Shown: positions 39,897-52,806 of the stretch, in pieces
Layout of the letters: every line of letters starts with the position of its first letter
Numbering within the stretch: position 1 is the stretch's first letter
From: the human T2T-CHM13v2.0 reference genome, Homo sapiens
Length of the DNA stretch: 64,000 nucleotides
Assembly (NCBI RefSeq): GCF_009914755.1
Contig: NC_060926.1
Direction: 5' to 3' (one strand)
Translations under genes and position numbers: made by a program
The notes under the pieces: model-generated
Database searches by the model: none
What the model saw: the letters and a program-made list of their open reading frames with translations, nothing else
What the model was told of the DNA's origin: nothing

Positions 39897-42516
39897 TAAT
39901 GGCCACTGTTGTTATTCTTCCCCTACCCCTGACGTGGTTCTCTCAAGATCCAATTTGGGTAGCACAGTGGCCTTTAAAGGGAGGGAAATAACAGTGAGCC
40001 CATGAGTTAGTTCAGCAATTAAAAGCCAGCCATATAGAACCATCAAGCAGCCCTTAGAATTTGCCCATTTTCATCATTCCCAAAAGGTCTGGGAAATGGG
40101 GACTTGCATGACTTACGGGCTATCAGTGGCAGTTTGCAACCTATGGGGCCCCTTCAACGGGGCTCCCTTCCCCTGTGGCAATTCTTCAAGATAGGCCTAT
40201 AGTCGATATTGACTTAAAAGACTGCTTTAATACTATTCCCCTTGCAGAACAGGGCAGAGAACAATTTACATTTACCATACTAGCTATCAGTAATGAAAGG
40301 GCAGCTTGCCAATTTCATTGGAAAGTACTTCCTCAAGGAATGCTGAACAGTCCTACCATGTGTCAGCATCATGTAAATCAGGCTTTGCTCCCCAGTAGAA
40401 AAAAATCTCCTAATTGCAAGATTATTCATTTTGTAGATGATATTTTACTAGCAGACCCAACAGAGCCAATACTTTTGAGTTTATATGCCTCTGTCGTTAA
40501 GATGTTAATCATAGCACCTGAAAAAGTACAGATGTCCTCACCTTGGAAATATCTTAGGTACATACTAACTTCCTGGTCAGTAAGACCTCAAAAGGTTAAA
40601 TTAAATACTAGCAACTTACATACCTTAAATGATTATCAAAAATTACTGGGTGATATTAACTGGCATCCCCCCACCTTGGGCATAACTACTGATAAATTAC
40701 AGAACCTGTTTTCTATCCTAAAAGGCAGTGCTGCCCTAGACTCACCCAGGTATTTAACCCCCGCAGCAAAAAGGGAAATTGAGGAAATAGACCAAGTTAT
40801 TTCTCAGAGACAACTAGATAGCATAGATCCACGATATTCAGTTCAGTTGTTTGTTTTTCCTGCTAAACACTCCTCTACAGGATTAATAGGACAGATGGCC
40901 ACAGGGCTGCGCTTCCTAGAATGTGTTTTTTGCTCACATACTGGGACTAAAACACTATTTGGCTATATCCAGCTAGTTAGTAAAGTCATCTATATGGGCC
41001 GCAGACGATGCAATCTGTGGCTGGGTTATGACCCTGAATGTCATAAGAATTTTCTTGAGTAGAAATTCGAAGTAGTCTTGCTCCATCTCTAGATTTTCAA
41101 TTAGCACTCTTTGATTATGCAGGCCATATAAAATATGCCCTTCCTGCTGGCAGACTATTTCAGTTCTTATCTCATACTCCTCTAGTTTTGCCAACAAAAG
41201 TAGTTCACTCCCTCATACCTAAAGCTTTAACGCTTTTTACTGATGGCTCTGGTAAAAATGGAAAAGCGGCTATTTGGTGGAAACCACATAATTCCCTCAC
41301 TCAATCTGGATTTACTACCGCTCAGGGAGCTGAGGTTGGAGCCCTAGTACTGGCCCTAGAAACCGAATCCGTTCAGCCCATTAACATTGTTAGTGACTCT
41401 GTTTGTTTGTTGCAAAACCTTGAGACCGCCCTCATTAAGTCCACTCTCGAGCCTACCCTGTGTACACCTTTTCTTGGACTTCAGCAATTGCTGGGTCAAC
41501 ATACACAGTTTTATCACACATATTCGAGCACACAGCTCACTGCCTTGCCCACTGGCTTATGGCAGTGATCAAGCAGACCTGCAGCTTATGACGTCACTGC
41601 TTGACCAAGCCACCCAGTCGCTTCAGTTTTTCCACCAAAATTAGAGAAACTTAACAATAGCAGCTTACCCAAAGACTGGGTAAACAAATTATCCTGCAGT
41701 GCCCAGATTGCCAGCTCACAGGCACATCTCTTCCTTGAACAGGTGTTAACCTTAGAGGACTAGAACCTTATCCATTATAGCAACAGATGTTACACACGTC
41801 CCTAAATTTGGAATACTAAGATATGTACATGTATCCATTGATACCAGTTCCTACCTAATTAGCGCACATGCTCTTCCTGGAGAGTCCACACGATACATCA
41901 TTAAACATCTTTTAACTTCTGCGTTTATGGGGTGGCCCACAAAAATTAAAACTGATAATAATCTGGCCTGTGCCAGCTCACATATTCAACAATTTTGTCA
42001 CACATGGAGCATCCAACATTCCACAGGCATCCCGTATAACTGACAGGCCATAGTAGAACGTGCCCACTCCACCCTTAAAAATATGCTCAGAAAACAAAAA
42101 GGGGAAAATGAGTAAGGACCCTGCAACACTACTAGCACAAGTGTTATTTACCCTTAATTTCTAAAATTTAAATGATAAATTTCAATCAACTATAGAAAAG
42201 CACCTTGCTAAAACCTCTCAAGACATAAAACCCGCAGTTTTATGGAAAGATGTAAATAGTAACGTATGGTGTAGTCCAAATGAATTGCTAACGTGGGGAA
42301 GATGATATGCTTGTGTTCACACCCCCCTCAGGCCCTCTTTGGATTCCAGTACGATGCATCAGACCATACCATGGCGTGGCTAGGACCCAACACAGTACCA
42401 GAAGTGAAGGAAATGATCCTGCAGGACCCGCAGCTCCAGACAACACAGCTTCCTCAGACGACACAAGCCCCGGACATTACCTGGGGGATGCTGAAGAAGA
42501 CAACTTACAAGGCTGA
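39880..42516 (+). pseudogene. pol: HML-5 pol (RT/RNase H/integrase, disrupted)
   Basis: IDLKDCF, LPQGMLNSPT, FVDD (degenerate YMDD), QKLLGDINW, FTDGS, QQDVTH; multiple frameshifts. Confidence 0.9.
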
Positions 42517-44294
42517 GCAAATCCTGCTCCAGACACAGAAACCATTCACTCCAGATAATTTGTTCCTTGCTCTGCTCTCTGGTGTAAGTTACAACTCACG
42601 TAGGATCCTTTTTATGCTCTCGCTTTCCCTGCAACCCGTACCGGCTACACTCTATTGGGCTCATCTGTTAGATCCGCCTTTCTTACGCCCTGTTACCTGG
42701 GCAGGCACCCCCTTCCCAGCCTCTAATAACGTTAACTGCTTGGCTAGGAGGGATTGACTTATCCCAGTAGGGTCCGTTATTAATGGCACACATTGGACTA
42801 AGGTGCCAGGTAACACTACATATCACTCCATTATCTTCCCACTGTGTGTAAGGTTACTATGTACCTGCCGAAACACAATTATGGCTACAAATGGCAAAGG
42901 AAATGCCTTAACATTCTTGTGCCAGTAGCCTCAAACCGGGCAAGGCAATCAGTGCCACTTTCCCCAGCATTCTTCCCTGTGCTAAAGAACAAAGCCAGGA
43001 AAGTAATGGATTCCACTTTGGTTGGGAGGTCTGTCACAGGGGACAAGCCCTTAGTCTCCAGTTAGGCAATTTAACATCTTAGACTGGAGCCCCCATGGTC
43101 ATTTACAGGGCGACCATACTGATGTTTGCATCCATTGTGGTGTCAATCTTAGTTTCATAGCCATGTCCGTTCCCCTGTGATTTGGGCCGAAGGGGGGATG
43201 GGATATCCCAGACCCCAAGTAGAGTCCTTGCCACCCCAAGACACTTAATGGCATCTGGGACATCTTAGCACCACCCTTAACACCTGGCATGGGACATAAC
43301 ATAATTCCAGTAACAATTATACTATGACCTTTATGCATAATCACACAGATCAGTGCCTGATTTGCACTACCCATCCATATGTTTTTCTTATGGGAACCAG
43401 TATTTCCATTACACCTCAAAACTCCATGTTTGTGACCTGAGTGCAAGGACAGGCTTGCTTCACCTCATGTATCATTAATTACAATATATCTAATTTAAAT
43501 ATTACTAGTATTATGGTATTAAGGAGACAATCTGAGGCATTCCTACCAGTCAGTTTGATACACGATTGGCAAGGTTCCTTTGCTCTTGCCACCTTAGAAC
43601 ATGCCCTGTCCCAGGTCAGACACCAAAGATTCATAGTTAATCTTACAGCCTTTATAGTCTCAGCCATAGTCATCCTAGCAACTGCTAGTTTTGCTGTAGC
43701 ATCTATTACTGAATCAGTACAAATAGCTGCTTTTGTAGATAACTTGGCCAGAAATGTGTCTAATGAACTTCTCTTACAGCAGGGTACAAATCAAAAGGTT
43801 CTTGCACATCTGCAAGCCCTCGAGGCTGCCTTGGAACATGTAGGGGAGTGACAAGATGCGCTGGCATTCTGACAGCAATTAAACTGTGACTGGGAGCATA
43901 AGCATATCTGTGTCACCTCTCTACCATGGAACCAATCAATACATAGTTGGGATGAGGTGAAACAACACCTCGGGGTGACCTTACATGATAATTTAACAGC
44001 AGACGTAAAGCAACTTAAAACTAAAATTCTAGAATCCCTAAACGCCATAGATCTACATGTCCAACAAACAGTTATATGGAAGGATGTGCAAGAACATCTC
44101 TCCTGGATAGACCCTCACTCCTTGATTGGAAAAAAATATTACTAATTATACTCATGTTTGTCTTATGTTATTTACTAATTCTAGGATGCAAAGCCGGAAT
44201 ACGAGCAGTAATCGCTACGCCTGACAAACCTGCTGCTGTGCACATCTGTACTCTTCAATCAACAAAACCTGATGCAAAAAACAAAAGGGGGAGA
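42413..44294 (+). pseudogene. env: HML-5 env (disrupted)
   Basis: Leader TWGMLKK...TPDNLFLALL; RHQR/FIVNL cleavage site and fusion peptide; heptad and TM segments; internal stops; PPT AAAAGGGGGAGA at 44283-94. Confidence 0.85.
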
Positions 44295-44755
44295 TGTAGG
44301 AGATCAGTCAGGGTGGTGGGAAAAGTTATAAGGAGAGACGCAAACCTTCTTGGAAGTCCAGGAGGTTTTGCAAAGCTTCGGGAGAGAATAAAGGCTGAAG
44401 GCAGCTAAATTCTCTTACCCTGACGCTAAGGGCAAGAAGTAGGTAACAAAGGAGTGTAAAGGAATTTATCTAGACGAGTTTTATTTACTTTTGCAGACCT
44501 TTGATCATCCTATTGCGCGCAGGACTGCTCCCAAGGCGGTGGGGGTGACAATTACCTACAGATTGTGTTGGCTCCAGGCCTTTGTCATTAAATCTGTACT
44601 GAATAAATACAAGCGGCTCCAGCTTATCAGGGCTGCATTCTCTCTTTGGTGTCTCTAAGGCCGAACAGTCCCCTAGCCGCACTCATGCAAAATACCTGTG
44701 TCTGTGTACTTTTTTCATCCGTCGCTCAGCCTGAGTCTGCAGGTCAGACTTGGCA
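44295..44755 (+). mobile_element. 3' LTR (LTR22-type)
   Basis: 461 bp, homologous to the 5' LTR, AATAAA at 44602-07, preceded by the PPT. Confidence 0.9.
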
Positions 44756-45078
44756 GGATTTTGACTTGATATATTGTGTGTGTTTGGAAATGGGGAATAA
44801 TTCCTATGCTTATGTACTGTTGATGGGAATATTAATTGGTTCAGCCTTTCTGAAGGTCAGTCTAATGTTACTTGTTAAAATTTAAATCTGTATGCCTTTT
44901 GATACATCAAGTCCATATCTAAGAATTTGCCCCCATAGTAATTCCATGGACATACAAAGATGAGTATAGGGCTGTTTCTTGCAGGGTTCTTTCGAAATTA
45001 TTGCTAGGTTGACTTTTAACTAAATCCAAGTGATGTTATTTGTAATGTAGTACTTAAATGTTTTTCTTGTTGTTTTAG

Positions 45079-45129
45079 CCAAAACTGGACAAGCCAAGGC
45101 ATCTGTAGCCAAAGTAAACAAATCTACAG
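45079..45129 (+). CDS. ZNF638: ZNF638 coding exon (AKTGQAKASVAKVNKST)
   Basis: ttttag|CC and G|gtatg; 51 nt, phase 1-1. Confidence 0.92.
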
Positions 45130-45600
45130 GTATGTTTTTTTAATTAGGATTCTAGACTATTAGTTAAAACTTTAATGTATTTTAAAATCGTATGGCAGTA
45201 GTAGTCTTGGATTTCACATGACATAGTCTGTATTGAATGCATGCTAATCTTTGAGATTTATAATCATCTAGCAATTTTGAGAAATGATATGTACTAGATA
45301 ATGCTTCTATAGTAATTATTGAAATAATTAACTGGAGAAATTTCTTATGATGAGTATCACATATTTTCCTCTTTCTCTTTTATTGAGGTCTCTCTTCTTC
45401 CTTACTTTTATATAATAGTTCAATAAATATGATCCTTTGTAGTTTTTGTGAGCTATAGTGGGATTTTAGGTAATTATTAAGTTTTTTCTCTTTTCCCTGG
45501 CATAATCCTTTCCAGTTTTTCTCCCAGTTCTGCTAAATCCTGATTAATTCAGGGTCATCTCTTTAAGTGGATAGAAATCAATGTATTAAATTATCTTTCA

Positions 45601-45910
<310 letters not shown>

Positions 45911-47073
45911 TCATATAATGTTAAAAAGGAAAGGAAACAGCCTGGAACTGGCAAAAATCATTATTAGTGGCAGATCCAGAATTTTCATATAGTAGTTTCA
46001 TAGAAGCAGTAATTTGAGTGGGTTATGGGTGGCTAGGAAACTTGTCTTGAAGCTGCATTTATTTTGCCAACACTTTGATGTTACTTTGATACCAAGTGTA
46101 TGGGAGTCATTGGGGATGTGGTAGACTGGGATTAAGCTGATGGCCACCCCTTTACTTGCTGGAAATTAATGCCGGCTATTTTTTATTTTTTCCTTAAGTC
46201 CCAGTACCCAGATAGAAGTGATTTGTGATAATAACATAGGGATAGTGAAAGAAATATCTTAAGGGCTCACTGAGGCTCAGTTTACTGCAGTGTGGCAAAA
46301 GTCGTGAATGACAAGTTACGTGACAAGCTATAAGGATTTGTATTGCTCTTTTTGAGCAAAGATTATGGACTGTCTTGACTATAAAGGGTGGATTTGTAAA
46401 CTTTCAGTTGATTTTTTTAGATGTCAATGAATGCTTTTTGTATGATTTTTAAAAGTATGATTGTATTCTCATAACGTTCCTGTTAGGTAATTTTGGCAAT
46501 CACCACCCTTATGTATAGGGAAATGTGTACACAAATCTGTTCGTGCCCCAAAGCTTCTCAATAAAAATTGGAATTCAATTTAGATCTATTGATTTTTTAT
46601 CTTGGGCTTTTTCCTCATCCATTCTCGCTAGTTGTTATGAATCCTAATTTCGAAGTTAAATCTTCTGTTGCTCTCTGAATGGTGGAAAGGGTTTGGGCTC
46701 TCTGATGATCTTCTGCAACACTTTCATGATCACATCTTTATAAACAGTATCATCTTGGAAAATAGGCCATAGTAATAGATAATGTAGGTACAAATAATGG
46801 TCAGAGCAATTTAAATAGTACTGTACAGCTAGGAAACTGTAGGAATGAGTCAAAACAATCTTTATATGACCTGACTATGATATAAGTATTCTTGAATGCT
46901 TTCTAATCAATTAGGAGCCGTGGAAGTGTGGGTTGGGAGGATCTAGGTTTAACTGCTTTTGGAACTGCTCAAAGTATGGGATTGTTTTTATGTCCTTGGA
47001 ATTAGTAATTTTGCTTCTAGTTGATCCACACATTCAGAAATTTATTTAACTTGCATGAATGCTATTTTAAGTA

Positions 47074-47411
47074 CAGGTTGAGTATCCCTTATCCAAAATG
47101 GTTGGGAGCAGAAGTGTTTTAGATTTTGGATTTTTTTTCAGATTTTGGAATATTTGCATATATATAATGAAATATCTGGGGGATGGGAGCCAAGTCTAAA
47201 CGTGAAATTCATTTATGTTTCATATACACCTTATATACATAGCCTGAAGGCAATTTTATACAGTGTTTTAAATAATTTTGTGCATGAAACAGTTTTTTTT
47301 AAGTACTTACATGGGAATTTCCCTCTTGTGGTGTCATGTCAGCAGCACTCGGGGTTTCAGGTTTTGGAACATTTCAGATTTTGGATTTTCAGTTTAGGGA
47401 TGTTTGACCTA
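47074..47411. mobile_element. Tigger4/MER46-type MITE
   Basis: TA|CAGGTTGAGTATCCCT...AGGGATGTTTGACCTA|TA TIRs. Confidence 0.78.
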
Positions 47412-47638
47412 TACCCCAGTAGGGAGGTAAATATCTTATTTCAGTGATTTCTTTTTTCTGAAGAAATTATCATCATTGCTAGATTTAGAAAATGGCCTAT
47501 GTCCCCAAAGATGATAGCATTTTATGTTTTGAATAAAACACAGCCTATTATTCTTACATCTTTTTCTCTGTGAGGTTCTTTGGAGATTGTTGATACTAGT
47601 TAAGTAAACCAGTTTTGACTGCATCTTTTGTGATTTAG

Positions 47639-47710
47639 GGAAATCAGCAAGTTCTGTAAAATCTGTGGTAACGGTAGCTGTTAAAGGTAATAAAGCTTCA
47701 ATCAAAACAG
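47639..47710 (+). CDS. ZNF638: ZNF638 coding exon ([24 protein letters not shown])
   Basis: tttag|GG and G|gtaag; 72 nt, phase 1-1. Confidence 0.92.
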
Positions 47711-48496
47711 GTAAGACTATTGGGGAGGAGAGATTTTATTGTTTATTCTTTATTTATGTTTTAAATTCGTATAATAATTTTTAGCATCTAATACTTGAAG
47801 AGTTTAGTAGATATTTCCTTGATATTTAAAACCTGACCCATTTTGTTGGAATTTTATCTTTGGCAGATAGGCAGATATATTTTTGTGCATGTAAACAATC
47901 ACATATATATAAAGCTATATAACTGTACATTTTTGACAGCTTTGTAATCACAGGTTGCTCTGTCGTTTCCCTCCATAAATGGTTTAATCTTTGTTTCCTT
48001 CGCTTTTTTTAGAGTTGTCAATTCATATTGCCCTCTCCAGTTTGTACAGTTTCTTAGATGCTTGTTACTTTTAAAAAGGATGTTAGGAGAATTCATTTTT
48101 TTTCATAAAGAAATGGAACACTATTTAAAATAAATTTAGCACCTTGCAACTAGAGCAATCTTTTTAGTAGTACCTTTCCTAACAGACTAATTCTAAAGAA
48201 TCTTTGCAGAAATTACACAGTATTATTTTTGCGTGTGTGTGATTACAATGTTGGTCTGCCACATGAAGGTTAAACATGTGGCTCATTTGACGGCATCACC
48301 AAAAAGTTGTATCTTGATTTAAATTTGCTTTTAATCTTACTGGGAAAGAGGTACTGAAAATAAATAGAAATAATGACTATGTGGAAAAGAGCTGCTTTTG
48401 TAATAAAGTCAAACTAATTTACTAATACATTAGTGTGAAACATGCTAAATGATTTAACAAGACCTTTAGAATAATGGCTGACTGTACTTTTACAAG

Positions 48497-48583
48497 CAAA
48501 ATCTGGTGGAAAGAAGTCTCTAGAAGCCAAAAAGACTGGGAATGTCAAAAACAAAGACTCTAACAAACCTGTGACTATACCAG
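48497..48583 (+). CDS. ZNF638: ZNF638 coding exon ([29 protein letters not shown])
   Basis: caag|CA and G|gtaag; 87 nt, phase 1-1. Confidence 0.9.
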
Positions 48584-48614
48584 GTAAGCTTGAAATGTGG
48601 TCATTCAGTGCTTT

Positions 48615-48830
48615 GTTTTCTTTTCTTTTTTTTAACTTTTTAAGTTCAGGGGTACATGTGCAGGTTTCTTACATAGGTAAACGTGTCATGGGGGTTTGTT
48701 GTACAGGTTATTTCATCACCCAGATATTAAGCCTAGGACCCATTAGTTATTTTTCCTGATCCTCTCCTTCGTCCCATCCTCCACCTTCCAATAGGCCCCA
48801 GTGTGTTGTTTCCCTCTATGGGTCCATTTA
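48615..48830 (-). mobile_element. Short L1PA 3' UTR fragment
   Basis: GGGGTACATGTGCAGGTT...TTTCATCACCCAG...AGGCCCCAGTGTGT. Confidence 0.8.
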
Positions 48831-49049
48831 TTTTCTTTAGATCATCTTTAAGGTATATTTTGAAATTTTGCCTAAAAATTATCAAAGTGGGGATTGCTGT
48901 CTTTTGTTTTTCAAAGAGAGATGTTTGGCTTATGTCAGGTCAGCCTAAGGAGACTTGAAATGTCAAACTAGCTTAAGTTCCTGTTTAGATTCATTAGTTT
49001 AATTATATTAGTGTTTTACTAGACTATTAAAGCAGACTATTTCATGCAG

Positions 49050-49118
49050 AAAACTCTGAAATAAAGACCAGTATTGAAGTCAAAGCCACTGAAAACTGTG
49101 CTAAAGAAGCTATTTCTG
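49050..49118 (+). CDS. ZNF638: ZNF638 coding exon ([23 protein letters not shown])
   Basis: gcag|AA and G|gtagg; 69 nt, phase 1-1. Confidence 0.9.
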
Positions 49119-49415
49119 GTAGGTCAATAGAAATTTTATTTTGTTCTTTACTTATTTTAATTACCAATGCCATACCTAAGTGAAATTAAGAGTATTACGA
49201 TTCATGTCTTTATCTCTTAATCTGAAATTTTGATCTCAGAATGAAATTTAAATGTATTTTTTAAAAGCCAATGTCACTTTTGTAGTCATTTTGTACTAAT
49301 TCTCTAGACTTGTTGTATTACACGTTTTCATGTAGCTACTGTTTAATCTATTGTGGAATAAAGTAGGATCTTGATAAGTATGTCTGCATTGTTTTTAATT
49401 TTATTTTGTATTAAG

Positions 49416-49456
49416 ATGCTGCTTTGGAGGCCACAGAGAATGAACCACTTAACAAG
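49416..49456 (+). CDS. ZNF638: ZNF638 coding exon (DAALEATENEPLNK)
   Basis: taag|AT and AAG|gtcag; 41 nt, phase 1-0. Confidence 0.9.
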
Positions 49457-50508
49457 GTCAGTTTTCATGTTTTATTTATTTCTTTAAAGCTCAAGACATT
49501 TTAACAAAAGATATTTTTCTTATAAACCCAGGTAAAAAATTCATGGTATTTGGCATGTGAGAAATTCCAGTCATTTGTGACTTTTAAAACATGATTTTTA
49601 GAAAGGAAAAGAGAAAAAAATGTGATTTTAGCTCAAAAACCCTGAGGTGCAGAGTAAGTCACAAAAATTAGGAACAGATCATCAACAAATGTACATGTTT
49701 TTTGAAGATTACTTTTCATTTGCCAAAATGGGTTTTGGGTAGACAGTAGTTGGTTAAATTAGAATCAGTAGAATTTTGTGAAGTCTATTTTTTTCTTAGA
49801 GGTAAATGGGAGATATGTTAATGGTTAGAATACCAGTTGTTTGCATTTATGGGGAAGCAAGTGGAGTTTGCAGTTTAAAGGACATGAAGTTCACTTAATA
49901 TATTGTTTTCTTATGTTTATATCTATTATTATTAATACATTACAATCATTAATTTACATTTTACTGGTGCAGGTTTTTAGATCCTTCAGGTGTTGAGCAT
50001 AAGTTTTTGTCTAGTAGATCCATTCTTCAAGTAGTAACTAAGTAGTAAGTCTTATTTTAGGAAGAGTATTTTATAGCACCAATTTAGTGTAAAGTCACAC
50101 TAAACTGGTTTATGAAGATTGTAACTTCCTGCCTTTTTTTCCCCCTAGATATCAAAAATTGCCAAGTTGACTATAGCACATCATCTTTAGAAATTTTCCC
50201 AGTAAGCATGAAAGGAGTAATTGGCATTGATGAGAGAGTTACCTTGAAGAATAAAATGGATCTGAGAGAAGGGATGGCAGAAAACAAAGTGCTTAATTGC
50301 ATTGAGGATTGGGTTGTGGGGTAAAGATTCTCAGGAGCTTTTTTATTATGTATTGCCTAAGTGATTATCTTATTCAGGAAGATAAAAGGATACACACTGA
50401 TTTGGAGCTTGGGGATATTATCACAAGGCACAGGGATGGCGACAGTATATGAAAGGAAGCAGTTGTAGCCAAAAACAAATGAACTTGTGTTTTAAAACAG
50501 TGGGTGAC

Positions 50509-50628
50509 AGCTGCTTGGGTGGCTGAGACACAAGAATCACTTGAACCTGGGAGACAGAGCTTGCAGTGAGCCGAGGTTGTACCACTGCACTCCAGCCTGG
50601 GCAACAGAGCAAGACTAAAAAAAAAAAA
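50509..50628 (+). mobile_element. 5'-truncated Alu right arm
   Basis: AAAACAGTGGGTGA TSD on both sides. Confidence 0.87.
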
Positions 50629-50892
50629 CAGTGGGTGAAAAAGAGTCCAGCAGACCTCGACTAGATGACAGATGGTATAACTACAATTAGTCTGTACTCT
50701 TGAAGAGTGTAAATTTGCAAGCTTTTTTGCTTTTCTTTTTAATTTGAGGTTCAGACCAGCCTCTTGAGTTTATCAGACTTTCCTCAGTATTAAATGCAAC
50801 AATATACTAATATAACATGATACACAGTATAAACTTAAGTAAATATGAAACAAAGAAATTTTAATAACAGGTTTTAAAAATTTGTTTTGAAG

Positions 50893-51024
50893 GAAACAGA
50901 AGAAATGTGTGTGATGCTTGTCTCTAATTTGCCTAATAAAGGATATTCTGTAGAAGAAGTTTATGACTTAGCAAAACCATTTGGTGGTTTAAAGGATATC
51001 TTGATTTTATCATCTCATAAAAAG
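50893..51024 (+). CDS. ZNF638: ZNF638 coding exon, RRM2 N-half ([19 protein letters not shown]...SSHKK)
   Basis: gaag|GAA and AAG|gtaag; 132 nt; LVSNLP..GYS...LAKPFG resembles matrin-3 RRM2. Confidence 0.95.
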
Positions 51025-52806
51025 GTAAGAGTTGATTAATAGCTGTTCATATCCTCTGCAAGCATGCATGCTTTGAAAAACATTAAATTTACAAAACTAA
51101 AAAGAAAAGGTTTAAAAGCAGTATCTCAAAGTAAACTTTCAAGCTAAGGGATTTTAAAATATAAAACACAGATATCCTGTATTTTAGTATTGTTGTAACG
51201 AGACATAGTTTTAATGATGGGGACAAATGGCTTTCTAATATGTCAAAGTTTTACTCAAAATTTTAGTTTAATAGGAAACGTTTTATATCTTCAATATGTT
51301 TAATAAATATATCTTTTACTATGTTATGTTAATATGTTTAATAGTAGGAAATGTTTTATATCTTTAATATGTTTAATACATAAGTATATATATGAGAAAG
51401 AACTTACACCAGCAGCCTTTATCTATTTTGGCTTTTTAGGAAGCTATATTTATAAGATTCGTAGATCATTCTTCTACTTGTATTTCATACTCTTTCTGCT
51501 CTTATCAGTGATACTCAAATGGGAAGTAACCATTTTCAGACTCAGACTAATGATGTCATCAATACTTAAAACAATCTAGGTTTATCTTTATGTTCTAAAT
51601 TTTCTATAAGCATCTGTTGGCTTTGTATTTTTAAAACAACACATTAAAATGTATGTTAATAATCAACTTGTAGAAAGTATGTTTAATTGAGCGAGATTTC
51701 AGGAAATAGTTTAAATCATGGAAATGACACCATTAGAATAGTGGGAAGAAGTGTTCTTACGTTAGAGAGGAGTTGGTAGTCACTAGAGATCTTTGAAAGT
51801 AGAATAGGATATATGTTTTGAGGCACTCCGAGCCAATGTGCTTTAGACAATGGTAGAAGAGAGTGAGTACAGGTGAGTTATGTGTAATTTCACATTATGT
51901 TAAAAGTAGATTATTTGAATGATCGCAGAGCTCAGTAAATACACTAAAACCCATTGCATTGTGTACAGTGGTTGAACTTTAAACCTAAGTTATGTGCCCA
52001 GTTTTGAGTGGAGTTGAGTAAAATTATTAAAATATTTGGAGACTTAATGAAAATACTTTAAACATTTATGAAATTAAAATTAACATAAAATGAAAATTTA
52101 AAAACTAAGAGTATTTGTTTAAAAAAGGGAACAGGATTCACATCTACATTATGCTGTAACATTAAAACTACAATAAATAGATAAACAACCTTAAGAGATA
52201 ATTCATTTCAAATAGGCTTACAACTGTAAGCAAACATACAGCTTTCTACCTCATTAACTATCAAATATATGGAAGAAGTTTCAACCTCTTTACTTACCAA
52301 GGTGTGAAAATTAAAAGCAAAATGTATGGAGCTACAGTTTTACACCTATGAAAATAACAAAATGAAAAATGACTTCACAATTGTTACACGTTTCTTTGGT
52401 TTTTTCATGTCTCATATTTCTCATATTTTATCAATTTATTTACTCAAGAAATACTAATATTGATTAGAAATATATCTGCTACATGCCAGATACTGCTCTA
52501 TGTACTAAGGATACAGTTTGAATAAGATTTTTCTTAATGTCAGTGGCTAGAATGTCTCTTCTTTTTTCTCTCTTTAGTTTGCCTTAGTATAGTAAGTTTA
52601 TTCATTCTTTATTTCTTGCTTATGGTTGTAATATTCTTAGTCTTTGGGCCTCAATTTTCTGAGGACTGCATTTTTTTATCTTTAAAATATTTACTAAGTT
52701 GTTCAATCCACTTGACGTTTGAAGTAGTTTGTTTATACTTGCAAGTCTGTTTTTGAGAAAAAGTAACATAAGATTTTTCTTGTTACCTTAATTTCTGTTT
52801 TAAAAG

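Larger units (their letters stand above)
37037..44755 (+). mobile_element. HERV-K(HML-5)/HERVK22 provirus, full length, defective, sense to ZNF638
   Basis: Two homologous TG...CA LTRs, PBS, gag-pro-pol-env remnants with betaretroviral motifs, PPT, and a 6-bp TSD GGTTTT (37031-36)/GGATTT (44756-61). Confidence 0.93.

Noticed and set aside
40175-41062. 295-aa open RT fragment as a possible functional enzyme
   Set aside because: Lacks the RT N-terminus, starts at GTG, has FVDD in place of YMDD and is frameshifted on both sides
46580-46853. Minus-strand stretch with protein-like composition (DDTVYKDVIMKVLQKIIREP)
   Set aside because: Not recognised, interrupted by stops, no TSD or tail seen; would need a BLASTX search
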